Assembly: GCF_020745735.1 (NCBI RefSeq)
Contig: NC_083442.1
Location: forward strand, 8,682,576 to 8,746,575
Reading direction: 5' to 3'
DNA from: Hemiscyllium ocellatum
Lineage: Eukaryota
Length of the DNA stretch: 64,000 bases
Shown here: one piece after another, positions 1 to 10,926 of the stretch
Layout of the letters: the number at the start of each line of letters is the position of its first letter
Position numbering within the stretch: position 1 is the first letter of the stretch
Made by a program: the position numbers and the translations under genes
The notes under the pieces: model-generated
Database searches by the model: none
What the model saw: the letters and a program-made list of their open reading frames with translations, nothing else
Told to the model about the DNA's origin: nothing

Positions 1-370
1 AAATTATCTTGGTGTCTGGAATTATTTTAGGCATTGACAGGGTAAACTGGACAAAACCTTTCCCCTTGATGGAGAGATCAATGCCTCAGGAGCACAGGAT
101 GAAGGTAAGGCCATGAGGTTTACAGTGGATCTCGGGGTAAACAAAATCAAATAGAAGGTGGTGTGAGTCTGGAGCTCAGTGCCTATAAGTCATGTAGAGA
201 CTGAGCCCCTCATAGTATGTATGAAGTATTTAGATGCATACTTGCAAAGGCAAGTCACAGAAGGCAATGGATCAAGTGCTGGCACATGAGATTGGAATAG
301 TTAGGTGGCTATTCTTGATAGGTGTGGACTGGATGGACCAAAGGGTCTTTTTCCTGTGCTGATTCTGTGA
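1..370 (+). mobile_element. CR1-type LINE 3' remnant
   Basis: Degenerate CR1 3' end (ggactggatggaccaaagggtcttttt...) matching the better-preserved copy at 4575-5430. Confidence 0.6.
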
Positions 371-443
371 AAACTGTTATAAATAATGCCTTATTCATAT
401 TAATCACAGATGCTCTGTTTATCTCAGTTCCCGCAACACTTAC

Positions 444-749
444 CAGCACATGGCATTTCTTTGCTCATGTGTGACCCACTGTATTGAACTTCACAGTAGA
501 TTTTGCTGGGGCAATTTACCGCTGACCCAGGCAGGGTTAACTGGCTGCTCAGTGTGTAGGTTCCCTTCTTGTTTCTCATTGATCGGTAAGTCTTCAATCC
601 AGTCGTGATCAGCTCCCCACCTTTCTTCCAGGTTACCTTGGTGATGAAAGGGGTATAGTCCATCGCCAAACAACCAAAGACCATAGAATCGGTGTTGTGC
701 TCCCGACAGGAGGAGACCAAGCCATAAAGCGTGGGGGGAGACGGGGTCT
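444..749 (-). CDS. IGHM: Immunoglobulin mu heavy chain constant exon 1 (Cmu1), shark IgM
   Basis: 306-nt exon with acceptor ttctattgtAG (751-750) and donor G|GTAAGT (443-442), phase 1 at both ends. Translates [15 protein letters not shown]...FGCLAMDY...VTWKK...[12 protein letters not shown]...KIYCEV...KEMPCA: a C1-set Ig domain with the shark IgM CH1 signatures SPPTLYGL and NKKGTYTxSSQL. Confidence 0.93.
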
Positions 750-1049
750 CTACAATAGAATGACCAATTGAGCATGTTACTTTCTGTTCATTTGACCTTA
801 TCAAATGTATCCTCATCTGTAAACGTTTGCCAGTATGCTCCCGTTGAAGTTTACAGTATAACTGGAGTTTATTTTTGTTTCCTACTAATTGCTGGTAGGA
901 AACAGGTCCTCTACCTTGACCGTTGCCATAATTTAGGAAGAAGAACATCCTGATCCCACCCCAGTATCTATTTGAAGTGTCAACTGACACTTTCACTGGA
1001 TTGGAAGTGAAGAGCAGAGAGATTTCAGAAAATACAAACCAAGGATATG

Positions 1050-1600
1050 CAGATTCATCGAAATTCTACAGTGTGTGCAAACAGGCCATTTGGCCCAACA
1101 AGTCCACACCCACTCTCTGAAAGATAACGCATCCAGACCCATTCCATACCTTAGATTAGATTAATTAGATTACTTACAGTGTGGAAACAGGGCCTTCGGC
1201 CCAACAAGTCCATACCGACCCACTGAAGTGCAACCCACCCAGACCCATTCCCCTTCATTTACCTCAGCCATTTATCCCTTCACCTAACACAACGGGCAAT
1301 TTAGCATGGTCAACTCATCTAACCTGCACATTTTTGGCTTGTAGGAAGAAACCGGAACACCTGGAGGAAACCCACACAGACACAGGGAGAACACTTAACC
1401 CTGACTAATGCACCTAACCTCCCAATCCCTGAACACAACATGGCCAATTCACCCAGCCTGCACATCTTTGGACCGTGGGAACAAACCCATACAGACACGG
1501 GGAGGAAGTGCAAATTCCACACAGACAGTCACCCGAGGCTGGAATCGAACCCAAGTCCCTAGCACTGTGAGGCAGCAATGCTAACCACGGAACCAGTGTG
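1050..1600 (-). mobile_element. Composite of HE1/V-SINE tRNA-derived SINE fragments
   Basis: gattagatta tail, gtggaaacaggcccttcggcccaacaagtcc, V-domain ggaaaccggaacacctggaggaaacccac and tRNA-like head, all in reverse orientation. Confidence 0.8.
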
Positions 1601-2149
1601 CCCCACTAGGCACAGTGCTGCTGGAAATCAGAAACAAAACAGATATTGCTGGAAATTCCCAACGGAGAGAAATCAGAGTGAATCAGGTCCAGTGAGCCTT
1701 CCTCACTTATCAATGCAAGGCAGAATGTTCTCTCTGGGAAGAAGGTCACTGCAGCAGCAGCACAGGCAGGAGCTGAGCACTGGGACGGGGAGGATGGCTG
1801 TCACAGCTGACCTCACACCAACTGTCTGGAAGTTGAAACTTCTAATTTACAGTTATCTGAATTTCGAGGCCTCTGAAAAATGGAGGACCATTAACGTTCA
1901 GAGACTTTGGAGTGTTACACCTGAGTATTTACGTAAATATGATTTGTGAAATGAACAAATACTCTTTAACTTTAATAACTATCAAACTGACACACAGTTC
2001 ACAACCAAACCTCATCTCTCAGACTAACCACTGCACTTACTCTCTGTCTAGACCTAAACTTCCACTCACATTAACAAACCCTACCCTGCTACACACCCAT
2101 TCATGCCCAGAACAAACAACCCCTATCACAAGAAACACATCCAAGGCAA

Positions 2150-2860
2150 TCCATATTGGTAGTGTAGCTGAGCAGAGAGACCTCAGTGTCCATGTAATAG
2201 ATCCCTAAAAGTTGCCAGCCAGTTTGATAGAGTTGTTAATAAGGCATACTTTGTGTTGGCTTTCATTGATAGAGGGACTGAGTTTCAGAACCACGAGGTT
2301 GGGCTGCAGCTGTACAAAACTCTGGTGTGGCTGCATTTGGAGTATTACGTACTGTTCTAGTCATCAAATTCTCGGGAGAATGTGGAAGCTTTGGAAGAGT
2401 TCAGAGGAGGTTTACCAGGATGTTGCTTGGTATGGCGGGACCGTTTTAGGAGGAAAGGATGAGGTTCTTGAGGCTGTTTTTTTTTGAGAGAAGAAGGTTC
2501 AGAGGTGACTTAATTCAGACATAGAAGATAAACAGAGGGTGGACAGTGAAAGTCTTTTTCCTTGGATGGTGATGGCTAGCAGGAGGGGACATAGCTATAA
2601 ATTGAGGGCTGATAGATAGATAGAGGACAAATGTCACAGCTTGTTTCTTTACTCAGAGAGTAGTAGGGGTGTGGAACGCACTGCCCGCAACAATCGGACA
2701 CTCCCAATTTTAAGGGCATTTTAAAGGTTGTTGGATAAACATATGGATGAAAATGGAATAATGCAGGATAAATAGGCTTCAGATTGGTTCCACACGTCAA
2801 TGCAACATTGAGGGTTGAAGGGCTTGTACTGCACTGTAATAGTCTATGTTCTATATTCCA
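2150..2860 (+). mobile_element. CR1 LINE 3' remnant (RT C-terminus and tail)
   Basis: Degenerate LQLYKTLV.PHLEYC..F.S and FTRML motifs followed by the CR1 3' UTR. Confidence 0.75.
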
Positions 2861-3176
2861 GATGGACATATAATCTCAATTCTTTTCACTTATTTCCACT
2901 CCTGCCGCCTTGCACCTGGCCCATGGTGAATCTGGCCCTGACTGGACCTGGCACTGTAATTTGCACAACCGCTGACAGAACGCCACTACCCGAGGCATGA
3001 CCTCAGCCCTTGGTCACTGACGTCTCATGTTACCCAAGTCAACCTGTGCGCATTGTATCCTAGCTCCCTTCGCATCTGTGCTTTACTATCTGCCATTTTC
3101 CAGACTCCGAGCTTTGCATTTTGACATCACGTCCACCTGTCACTTCATGACAGTGACCTTCCACCCCTGAAACATC

Positions 3177-3309
3177 CTGGCATCCTGCCCATCTCTACAC
3201 CAACCAGCCTGGTCCTCTGCCCACTTCTCCACTAACCAACCTGGCATCCTGCCCATCTCTACACTAACCAGCCTGGCACTCTGACCACCTCTCCACAAAC
3301 CAGCCTGGC
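3177..3309. repeat. 32-bp minisatellite, ~4.2 copies, in the JH-Cmu intron
   Basis: Units start at 3177, 3209, 3241 and 3273; consensus ctggcatcctgcccatctctacactaaccagc. Confidence 0.85.
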
Positions 3310-3549
3310 AAAGACAGACCTCCTGCCTTTCAGCCCAAGCTACCCCTCACCGACCAAGCACAATTTGACCAAATTATCATGTGACCATTACCATTTACCT
3401 TGATGCCACCTTGCCAGACAGAGTGCATGCAAGCTTACCCAGCAGCCAGCCAACACCTCACAGCCTACCAGCCCAAACTCTCCCACATTCCAAATCTAGC
3501 CCCTCACTTGCTCACTACCTTCCAACTTTGAGCCTACTCCACCATAAAG

Positions 3550-4135
3550 TCAGTGAGTCATAAAGTCATGTAGCACAGAAACAGTTCCTTTGGTCCAGCT
3601 CATCCATGTTGACCAGCGTTCCCAAATTAAACTAATTCCACTTGCCTGCCTTTGTCCCATATCCATCCAGACCTATCCAGTTCCTGTAGCTGTTCAAACG
3701 TCTTCTAAATGTTGTACCTATCTCTGCATTTACCAGTTCTTCTGGCAGTTCATTCCAATGTTTTGGACAGTTACAGCATGAAGCCCCAACTCTTGCAATC
3801 AATGCTCTGACCAATGAAGGTACATGTGCCAAACACCTTCAACACACCAGCTACTTGAGACAATGCTTTCAAGAATCTATGAGTCTGAACCCTCAGGGCC
3901 CTGTGTTCAACATCACTACCCAGTGCCCTACCATTAACTCTGCAAGTTGTGATCTGATGTATCTTCTCAAAAAGCAACATGTCGTATTAATTTAAATTAA
4001 ACTCAATCTGCCGCTCCTCAGCCCATTGGCCCAGATGATCAAGATCTCATTGTACGTTTAGATAACTTTCACTGCCGATTATACCACCAATTTTGGCGTT
4101 ACGTGCAAACTTACAAACCATGCCCCATACAATGT
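3550..4135 (-). mobile_element. CR1 LINE 3' remnant
   Basis: Reverse complement of the CR1 RT C-terminus and tail with a (gagtcata)n end. Confidence 0.75.
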
Positions 4136-4574
4136 TTTCATGGCTTTCAACCAATATTATAACTGCCTGCCTTTCTCCCATATATCAGGAGCATTTTCTT
4201 TTAAGGATTGAAGGAATCTATCTCCTTCTTGAAATCATTTAATGTTTTGACCTCAATCAATTTCTGTGGTGGAGAATTCTAAAGGTTCACCATTCTTTTG
4301 TTGAACAGTAAACAATCCTGTTGGAACAAGGATTCTTAGCATAGGTACTGGATGGTCTGAGATAGCAATTGAAGACCAATTGAAAAGCTATCACCATCTG
4401 CTGCAAGTACTGGATTCAGCGGAACCCCCACCATACTGAACAATCAAATTCAGCTACAGTACTGGTTTAATATAAAGTAAATCAGCCTAAGCATAATCTC
4501 ATCAAATATGCTTCGAAAATTATTCATTCTGGATTACTTATAAATGATATTGTTAGAACAGTAAGTCAAAAGCT

Positions 4575-5430
4575 GGGATTTCTTTAGATAGTGAGGAGGG
4601 CTGTTGTCAGCTGCAAAGGGACTTAGGTATGATGCAGAGCTGTGCTGAAGAGTGGCAGATGGAGTTCAAACCTGTCAAGTATGAGATTGGCCATTTTGGA
4701 AGGACAAATAAGAATGCGGAATACAGGGTTAACGGTAGGGTTCTTAGTAAGATGGAGGAGCAGAGGGATCTTGGGGTCTATGTTCATAGCTCTTTGAAAG
4801 TTGCCACTCAGCTGGATAGAGCTTGTAAGAAGGCCTATGGTGTATTAGCGTTCATTAGCAGAGGGATTGAATTCAAGAGTCGTGAGGTGATGTTGCAGCT
4901 ATACAGGACCTTGGTAAGGCCACATTTGGAGTACTGTGTGCAGTTCTGGTCGCCTCATTTTAGGAAAGATGTGGAAACTTTGGAGAGGGTGCAGAGGAGA
5001 TTTACCAGGATGATGCCTGGAATGGAGAATAGGTCATACGAGGATAGGTTGAGTGTGCTAGGCCTTTTCTCATTGGAACAGCGAAGGATGAGGGGTGACT
5101 TGATAGAGGTTTATAAAGATGATCGTGGAATAGATAGTAGATAGAGAGTAGACAGTCAGAGACTTTTTCCCAGGTACAACAGAATGTTACAAGGGGACAT
5201 AAATTTAAGGTGAAAGGTGGAAGGTATGGGGGGGATGTCAGGAGTAGGTTCTTTACCCAGAGAGTGTTGGGGGCATTGAATGCTCTGCCTGTGGGAGTGG
5301 CAGAGTCAGAATCATTGGTGACCTTTAAGCAGCAATTGGATAGGTACATGGATAGGTGCTTAAGCTAGGACAAATGTTCGGCACAACATCGTGGGCCAAA
5401 GGGCCTGTTCTGTGCTGCATTGTTCTATGT
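4575..5430 (+). mobile_element. CR1 (HER1-like) LINE, 5'-truncated
   Basis: ORF 4629-5144 gives ...WQMEF...QLYRTLVRPHLEYCVQFWSPH...LERVQRRFTRM, the CR1 RT C-terminus; tail gggccaaagggcctgttctgtgctgcattgttctatg. Confidence 0.9.
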
Positions 5431-6959
5431 TTCTTTTCTACTTACTCCATTAACCCCATCTAGCGATGCCCAAAAGCTTGTAAACAAATTTTGATCTGGA
5501 AAAAGCTGCTAACCCCCAAAATTCTGTTTGATATCTAAGAGACACAAGTCAGGATAGCGATTGAATAGATTTCACTAGCCTCTGAGTGGAATTCCAACAA
5601 TCACCCAAACATCTCAATCTGCTTTCTTCCACTGAATTAACCTGATAAGAGATGGTATTACATACTCTCTCACAGGTTGTAAGTGAACACAGGCCACGTG
5701 GCACAGAATCAGGGACCCTACTACAAATCACAACAGACCTGAACACAATGAGCTCGACACTATCACGGAGAACACAGCCCACCGGTTTGACAATGCATAA
5801 ACCATGTTAGTTATTAACACCTTCCAACAACCAGAGACTGTTCCAGAATGTTTGTACAATGAAAATAACATTTCAACATTTACCCAAGAATACTTTGACA
5901 GCAGCTCAGATTTGTTCAAATTATATGGGAACTACAGAGGAATAAAACTAGGAATTGCATTGCCATCAATTCACTGTCACTGGATTCCAACCTAGATCTC
6001 CCTTCCTCTTAGTCCTGTGAATGTTGCTGCACCAGATGAGCTATTTAGTTTGAAATAGATTAAAATGTTTTGAAGTGTATTATGACTGTTGCCAGTGACA
6101 TTAAAAGCTGATGATAAATTTTCAAATAATAGGATGCAAAATAATTTCTGCTTCTACATTGTGCACTAAACATGTCCCGGATAACTGAGGCACAAAGAAA
6201 ATATGTAGCATATTTCCCTCTGCCTCGCTCAATCAAATATCCCTTGTTGCCAACAACCAATTTCAAAACTCTTGCAATCTGCCTTTTGTTCCTGAAACGT
6301 TCGTTCTGATTGGTACAACTTAGTCAGGGCTCTCAATTCTGAAGCACCTAATTGAATATTGCACTTCTGATAAAGTGGTTTTGAAGCGCGAGATGAAATT
6401 GAACTGTCTGAGATTCAGGTATCCGAACTGGACAATTTACAAATGGTCAGCACCAGTTGTCAAGTTAGTCAGAGATAGCACTGAAACAAACTGTACAACA
6501 GTGTTGATACTAGCAGACACATCTGCTCAATTCCTCACATCAAGTACATTTCCTGTAATTGAACATTCATCAGAGGAACTAACCAGAGGATTAATGTGAA
6601 CAAGAACGTGTTCACAATGAACATTGATAACTACTGAGTTTTAACTTAATAAGTCATTGTAATTAACAAAATTATTGAGGTGAGATATATCGCCAATTAA
6701 AGCACAGCCCCAGAGGAAATGGATTATTCTCTAAATTATTTTTTACATATTCTTAAAACATTTCTTGAACTGTGGAGATTTTGCATGCACTGTATAAAGC
6801 CAATACAGCATTCAGTTTGGAAATGCATTTCTATTGAAGAAATTAGGGCAAGTTCATTTTCTTGTTAGTTGCTTTTAATGTATGAAAATGTTTAAAAAAG
6901 ATATGAATTGAAAACATGCTTCTGTCTGGAGCTGCCTGCTTTAATGGATGTCTAAGTAA

Positions 6960-7250
6960 ATGTGGGCAGTGCGGTGGCTTAGTGGAGAGCACTGCTGTCT
7001 CATAGATCCAGGTACTCGGGCTTGGTTCCAGCCTCGGTCAACTGGCTGTGTGGAGTTTATACATTCTCCCCTGTGTCTGTGTGGGTTTCCTCACACAATC
7101 CAAAGTTGTGCAGGTGAAGTGGTCATGTTATATTGTCCATAATGTTAGGTGCATTAGTCACCTAATGGGTCTGAGTAGGTTACTCTTCAGAGGATCGGTG
7201 TGGACTTCTTGGGCCAAATGGCCTGATACATACTGCAGGAAATCTAATCT
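6960..7250 (+). mobile_element. HE1/V-SINE, degenerate
   Basis: tRNA-like head, V-domain (tgtgtggagttt...gtgggtttcct) and aatctaatcta tail. Confidence 0.75.
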
Positions 7251-7489
7251 AAATGATTGTCACACTTAACTAATATGAGCAGATTCCTTCCAATTGCTAC
7301 ATTGCAATAAAATCTCAAGTATATTTATTAAAATAAATATTACTCTATTTTCAGTGTTGAATAAACAATGTGCTCTGTTATCCTCTAGTTCATATCTTCT
7401 GCAAATTTATGAACTCTGCATATGTCTGAACACATCGATGTAAAATACATTCTCTGCGTTTGCAGCAAATACTCCCACGGTTTTAAGAG

Positions 7490-7853
7490 TAGATTTCCTA
7501 CAGTATGGAAACAGGCCATTTGGCCCAACAATTCCACACTGACCCTCTAAACAGTAAGTAGCCCACTCAGACCCATTCCCCCTAACTTATATTTACACTT
7601 ATATGTATAAGTGTATACTTATTTGCACCCTAACCTACACATCCTTGAACACTATGGCTGTGCTAACTTGCACAATCACCTGACCTCCACATTTTTTGGT
7701 CTGCGGTAGGAAACCAGGGCGCCCGAAGGAAACCCACACAGACACAAGGAGAATATGCAAACTCTACACAGCCAGTCATGCGAGGGTGGAATTGAATTTG
7801 GGACCCTGGCGCTGTGAGGCAGCAGTGCCAACCACTGAGCCATCATGCTGCCC
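7490..7853 (-). mobile_element. HE1/V-SINE
   Basis: Near full-length reverse-complement copy ending in catcatgctgccc. Confidence 0.8.
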
Positions 7854-9484
7854 TGCGAATTCATGAGTGGATTATTTTAATTAATCCAAAATTTGGCCTT
7901 GGTCACATAATTCACTATAGCAGTTGTTTCCTAAGGAAGGACTCTTCAGTTGATATTTTGTTGTAAAATGTAACTATTTATTTAAAACATATGGATTGGG
8001 AACACCTAAAGCACTGTGCAGATTAAATAATCAGTTAATGTTTTATTTTTATCCTGCAAATCCAGTTTAAATCAGGGACATAACAATTAATTAATTAACT
8101 CAAGTTACTTGTGAAACAATTGTAAATCAAAGCAGTGCAACTGATCTGTTCTTCATAGAATTGAGCAAAATTTTCAAATGATCTTTGCCAATGATCTTTT
8201 CCAGCCAGAAAAACTGTATGTAGTGTACAGCAGAATTGAAAGGTGTTTCTTGATCAATTATAACAGTCATGGCATTTTTGCTCAAGACCAAGAACTATTA
8301 GATCATTATACTTTTGAAATTCTATTTATATTTCTCTATGACTTGTAATCTGTTTAAAGACAGATCTTGTGAATGAACTAGACAGTTGAGTTCTGAATTT
8401 GGATTGTAAAGCATGGATTAGATTAATCCTTAATTATTACTTTTAAGTAAAAATGGCGCCCGAAGGTATCTGCTTTCCTTTCATTTCCAAAACTTTTGTG
8501 ATTTGCCTTCCCCTTAATATTAGGTTTTATGAAATTTCAACTCGCATGCCGATTACATTGAATGAGGAACCTGGAGCAGTTCACTGTCACCAACCATATA
8601 AAAAGTGCAAAAACAATGTGTAGAAACCAGAAACTGTTTCCCAAATATAACAAATTTAGTATTACCCAAGCACACTCCCTCCTCAACAGAGCAAAGATCA
8701 GCAAATCACAACACGGTGTGTTTGCAGCAGAACTAGCTCCGCAAATATTTTCAACAGAATCAAGGATATGATGTAACCTCAGAAAAAAACAGAAATTGAA
8801 ATCTAACAAAACTGCTCAGTATCAAGCAAACTGGTGATTAACTTGAACAGTCATAACAAGAAATAACACGTCAAAACAGCAGCCTTGTTTGTGAGGGGAC
8901 TTAACACTTAAAGCTGTAACGTTTCCAGCAACAGTTCAATTTATTTCCAACCTGAACAGCCTTCCTGATCAGGACAATCTTGTGCAGTGTAAACAGGAGA
9001 GCAATTGAAAGCACATATTGATTAATCATGTCAAGGTCAAAACAAAAGTTCTTGAATGGACAAATATTATCACATTATAATTTTAAGTTAGTTTCAATTA
9101 CGTAATCTGATCAATTCTGCAGTTTCAGATTTTAGTCCCAAATTTTATTTTGAATGAGGCTACTCAAAACAAAACTCATTTAGTTTACAATTAGAACTCA
9201 GATTTTTTTCAAAAGTCAGTGCATTAAAAACTCGTTTCTTCTTCATTTTCCACACTTTCGTGTTTCTGCCTTAAGTTGGTTTTCAGACAGTTACAAACGG
9301 ATGTAATGTTTTCAATCAAACAGAGAAAAATATGTCGAGTTAAACAAATGCAGAAATGATTCATGAAAAACAAAGAACTTCACAAATATCGGTAATGAAA
9401 AGTAATTCAGAGAGACAATCTCCTCACCAGAAAGAAAACACCAATTATAGAAAGCACGAAAAGGCAGATCAATTCCACAAACTG

Positions 9485-9783
9485 AATCAGAATCCAATCA
9501 ACTCAAAACAACAGAATCAAGGAAAATAAAATCAGAATCCAATCAACTCAAAACAACAGATTTAAATGAAGGATAATCAGAATTCAAGTAATTCAATTCA
9601 ACAGAATAAAATAAAACAATTTCAAAAGCCAATCAACGCAATTCAACAAAACCAAGTAAAAACAAAGTCAGAATCCAATCAACACAGTTCAACCGAATCA
9701 ACTAAAGCAAAGCCAAAATCCAATCAACTCAATTCAACAGAATCAAGTAAAACAAACTCAGAATCTAATCAACAGAATGAAAC
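9485..9783. repeat. 45-bp tandem repeat, ~6.6 copies, in the JH-Cmu intron
   Basis: Units at ~9485, 9530, 9575, 9620, 9665, 9710 and 9755; consensus aatcagaatccaatcaactcaattcaacagaatcaagtaaaacaa. Confidence 0.85.
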
Positions 9784-9849
9784 ATAGCACTGCAGGAAAA
9801 TTTTACGACAGTTTGTAACCTGCCGGTCATCAACAAAATTAACGAGAAA

Positions 9850-9939
9850 ATTTTATACTTTACAGAGTAACACATGAGCTGATTCTCAAAATCCCCAACT
9901 GGTGTATCAATAATTATCCACCACGTTTACAAATTAAAT
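9850..9939. repeat. ~90-bp element duplicated on both sides of JH (uninterrupted copy)
   Basis: ttttatactttacagagtaacacatgagctgattctcaaaatccccaactggtgtatcaataattatccaccacgtttacaaattaaat recurs at ~10533-10796, where an insertion splits it. Confidence 0.9.
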
Positions 9940-10311
9940 CATGTTTGGTAATATTTCAAACCTCTTTAAATTCTTAGCTTTTGTTGCTGATAATAAAACT
10001 CACAGTCAGGGTGCCACTGACATTAAACATTATTTATACCTGACTGATTAAGAGACATTAGGTGGTTCAAGTAACCCAGCTACACAGAATTCCCATCTGA
10101 CCCAAAAAAAGAGATACACCAAGCAACTCACTCCATCACCACTATTTTGACTATTTGCAGAGCCTTAACTGAAGTCTATAATCAGTCTGAACAAAAATCA
10201 ATCCGAACCAAACCCAACTCAGCACAGAATCTGAGTTTCATTTAATTCAGAAATTAGTCACATGAATAGAATATTTTTTAAAAAGTCACTAAGAAAGTTC
10301 AAAGTTCTTAC

Positions 10312-10359
10312 CTGAAGTCACTGTCACCATGGTCCCTTGGCCCCAGTAAGCAAGATAGT
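10312..10359 (-). CDS. IGHJ: JH gene segment
   Basis: AC TAT CTT GCT TAC TGG GGC CAA GGG ACC ATG GTG ACA GTG ACT TCA G = YLAYWGQGTMVTVTS with the WGxG motif; donor AG|GTAAGA is phase 1 and matches the Cmu1 acceptor (intron 750-10311). Confidence 0.95.
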
Positions 10360-10398
10360 CACAGTGTTACATTCTCTGGACTGGGTCACACAATAACT
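10360..10398 (+). other. 23-spacer recombination signal sequence of JH
   Basis: CACAGTG (10360-10366), 23-nt spacer (10367-10389), ACAATAACT (10390-10398; 7/9 to ACAAAAACC). Confidence 0.93.
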
Positions 10399-10602
10399 AG
10401 CTCTGCATAAAACAAATAAAAAATCTACCATTATTTTAAATTTTCAGAACCACAGGCAAAATAACGTCACAATAAATCTTCATCACATAATTGTGCTAGT
10501 GAATTCGGATCATTCTCGATAAATTTTAATACTGTTTTATACTTCACAGAGTAACACATGAGCTGATTCTCAAAATCCACAACTGGTGTATCAATAATTA
10601 TC

Positions 10603-10761
10603 GAGTAAAAAGTGAGGTCTGCAGATGCTGGAGATCAGAGCTGAAAATGTATCGCTGGTTAAAGGGTTTCCTGATGAAGGGCTCTGGCCCGAAACGTCGA
10701 ATTTCCTGTTCCTTGGATGCTGCCTGACCTGCTGTGCTTTAACCAGCAACACATTTTCAGC
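10603..10761. mobile_element. 159-bp Penelope-derived insertion in the D-J interval with 14-bp TSD and hammerhead motif
   Basis: Flanked by tatcaataattatc at 10589-10602 and 10762-10775. Internal inverted repeat gctgaaaatgtatcgctggttaaag / ctttaaccagcaacacattttcagc. Same short-element family as the ends of Penelope remnants at 45810-46082 and 49770-51165. Confidence 0.85.
10668..10701 (+). ncRNA. Minimal type-I hammerhead ribozyme motif (Penelope-associated)
   Basis: ttc-CTGATGA-A-GGGC(tctg)GCCC-GAAA-CGTC-gaa: CUGANGA/GAAA core, 4-bp stem II, palindromic ACGU stem III, GUC cleavage triplet, 3-bp stem I. Activity is not shown. Confidence 0.65.
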
Positions 10762-10898
10762 TATCAATAATTATCCACCACGTTTACAAATTAAATAGTG
10801 ATGCTAGCATAAAACCCCACAGAACTAATACTGCAGTGAAAGTTAAGACGGTTGGTAGAAGTAATCACTGACTAGTTTCAAACAATGGAGGCTGAATA

Positions 10899-10926
10899 AG
10901 TTTTTGTATTGATCATAATTGCAGTG
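10899..10926 (-). other. 12-spacer RSS at the 3' side of the fused D (D2-type)
   Basis: Minus strand CACTGCA (10926-10920), ATTATGATCAAT (12 nt), ACAAAAACT (10907-10899; 8/9). The heptamer keeps the essential CAC but is only 4/7 to consensus. Confidence 0.85.

Noticed and set aside
444-520. Extra cysteines in Cmu1 (VNCPS, MPCA)
   Set aside because: Comparable cysteines are, as I recall, present in nurse-shark-type IgM CH1, so they are not clearly novel.
1650-1660. NF-kB-like GGAAATTCCC in the J-C intron
   Set aside because: It lies within a fragment of a dispersed short repeat (cf. 26830-26900).
9566-9787. Asn/Gln/Ser-rich ORF
   Set aside because: Artefact of the 45-bp repeat; no splice signals or domain.
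10001-10028. Cryptic 12-RSS CACAGTC-12-ACATTAAAC in the J-C intron
   Set aside because: The nonamer is only 6/9, no coding segment is attached, and such matches are expected by chance.
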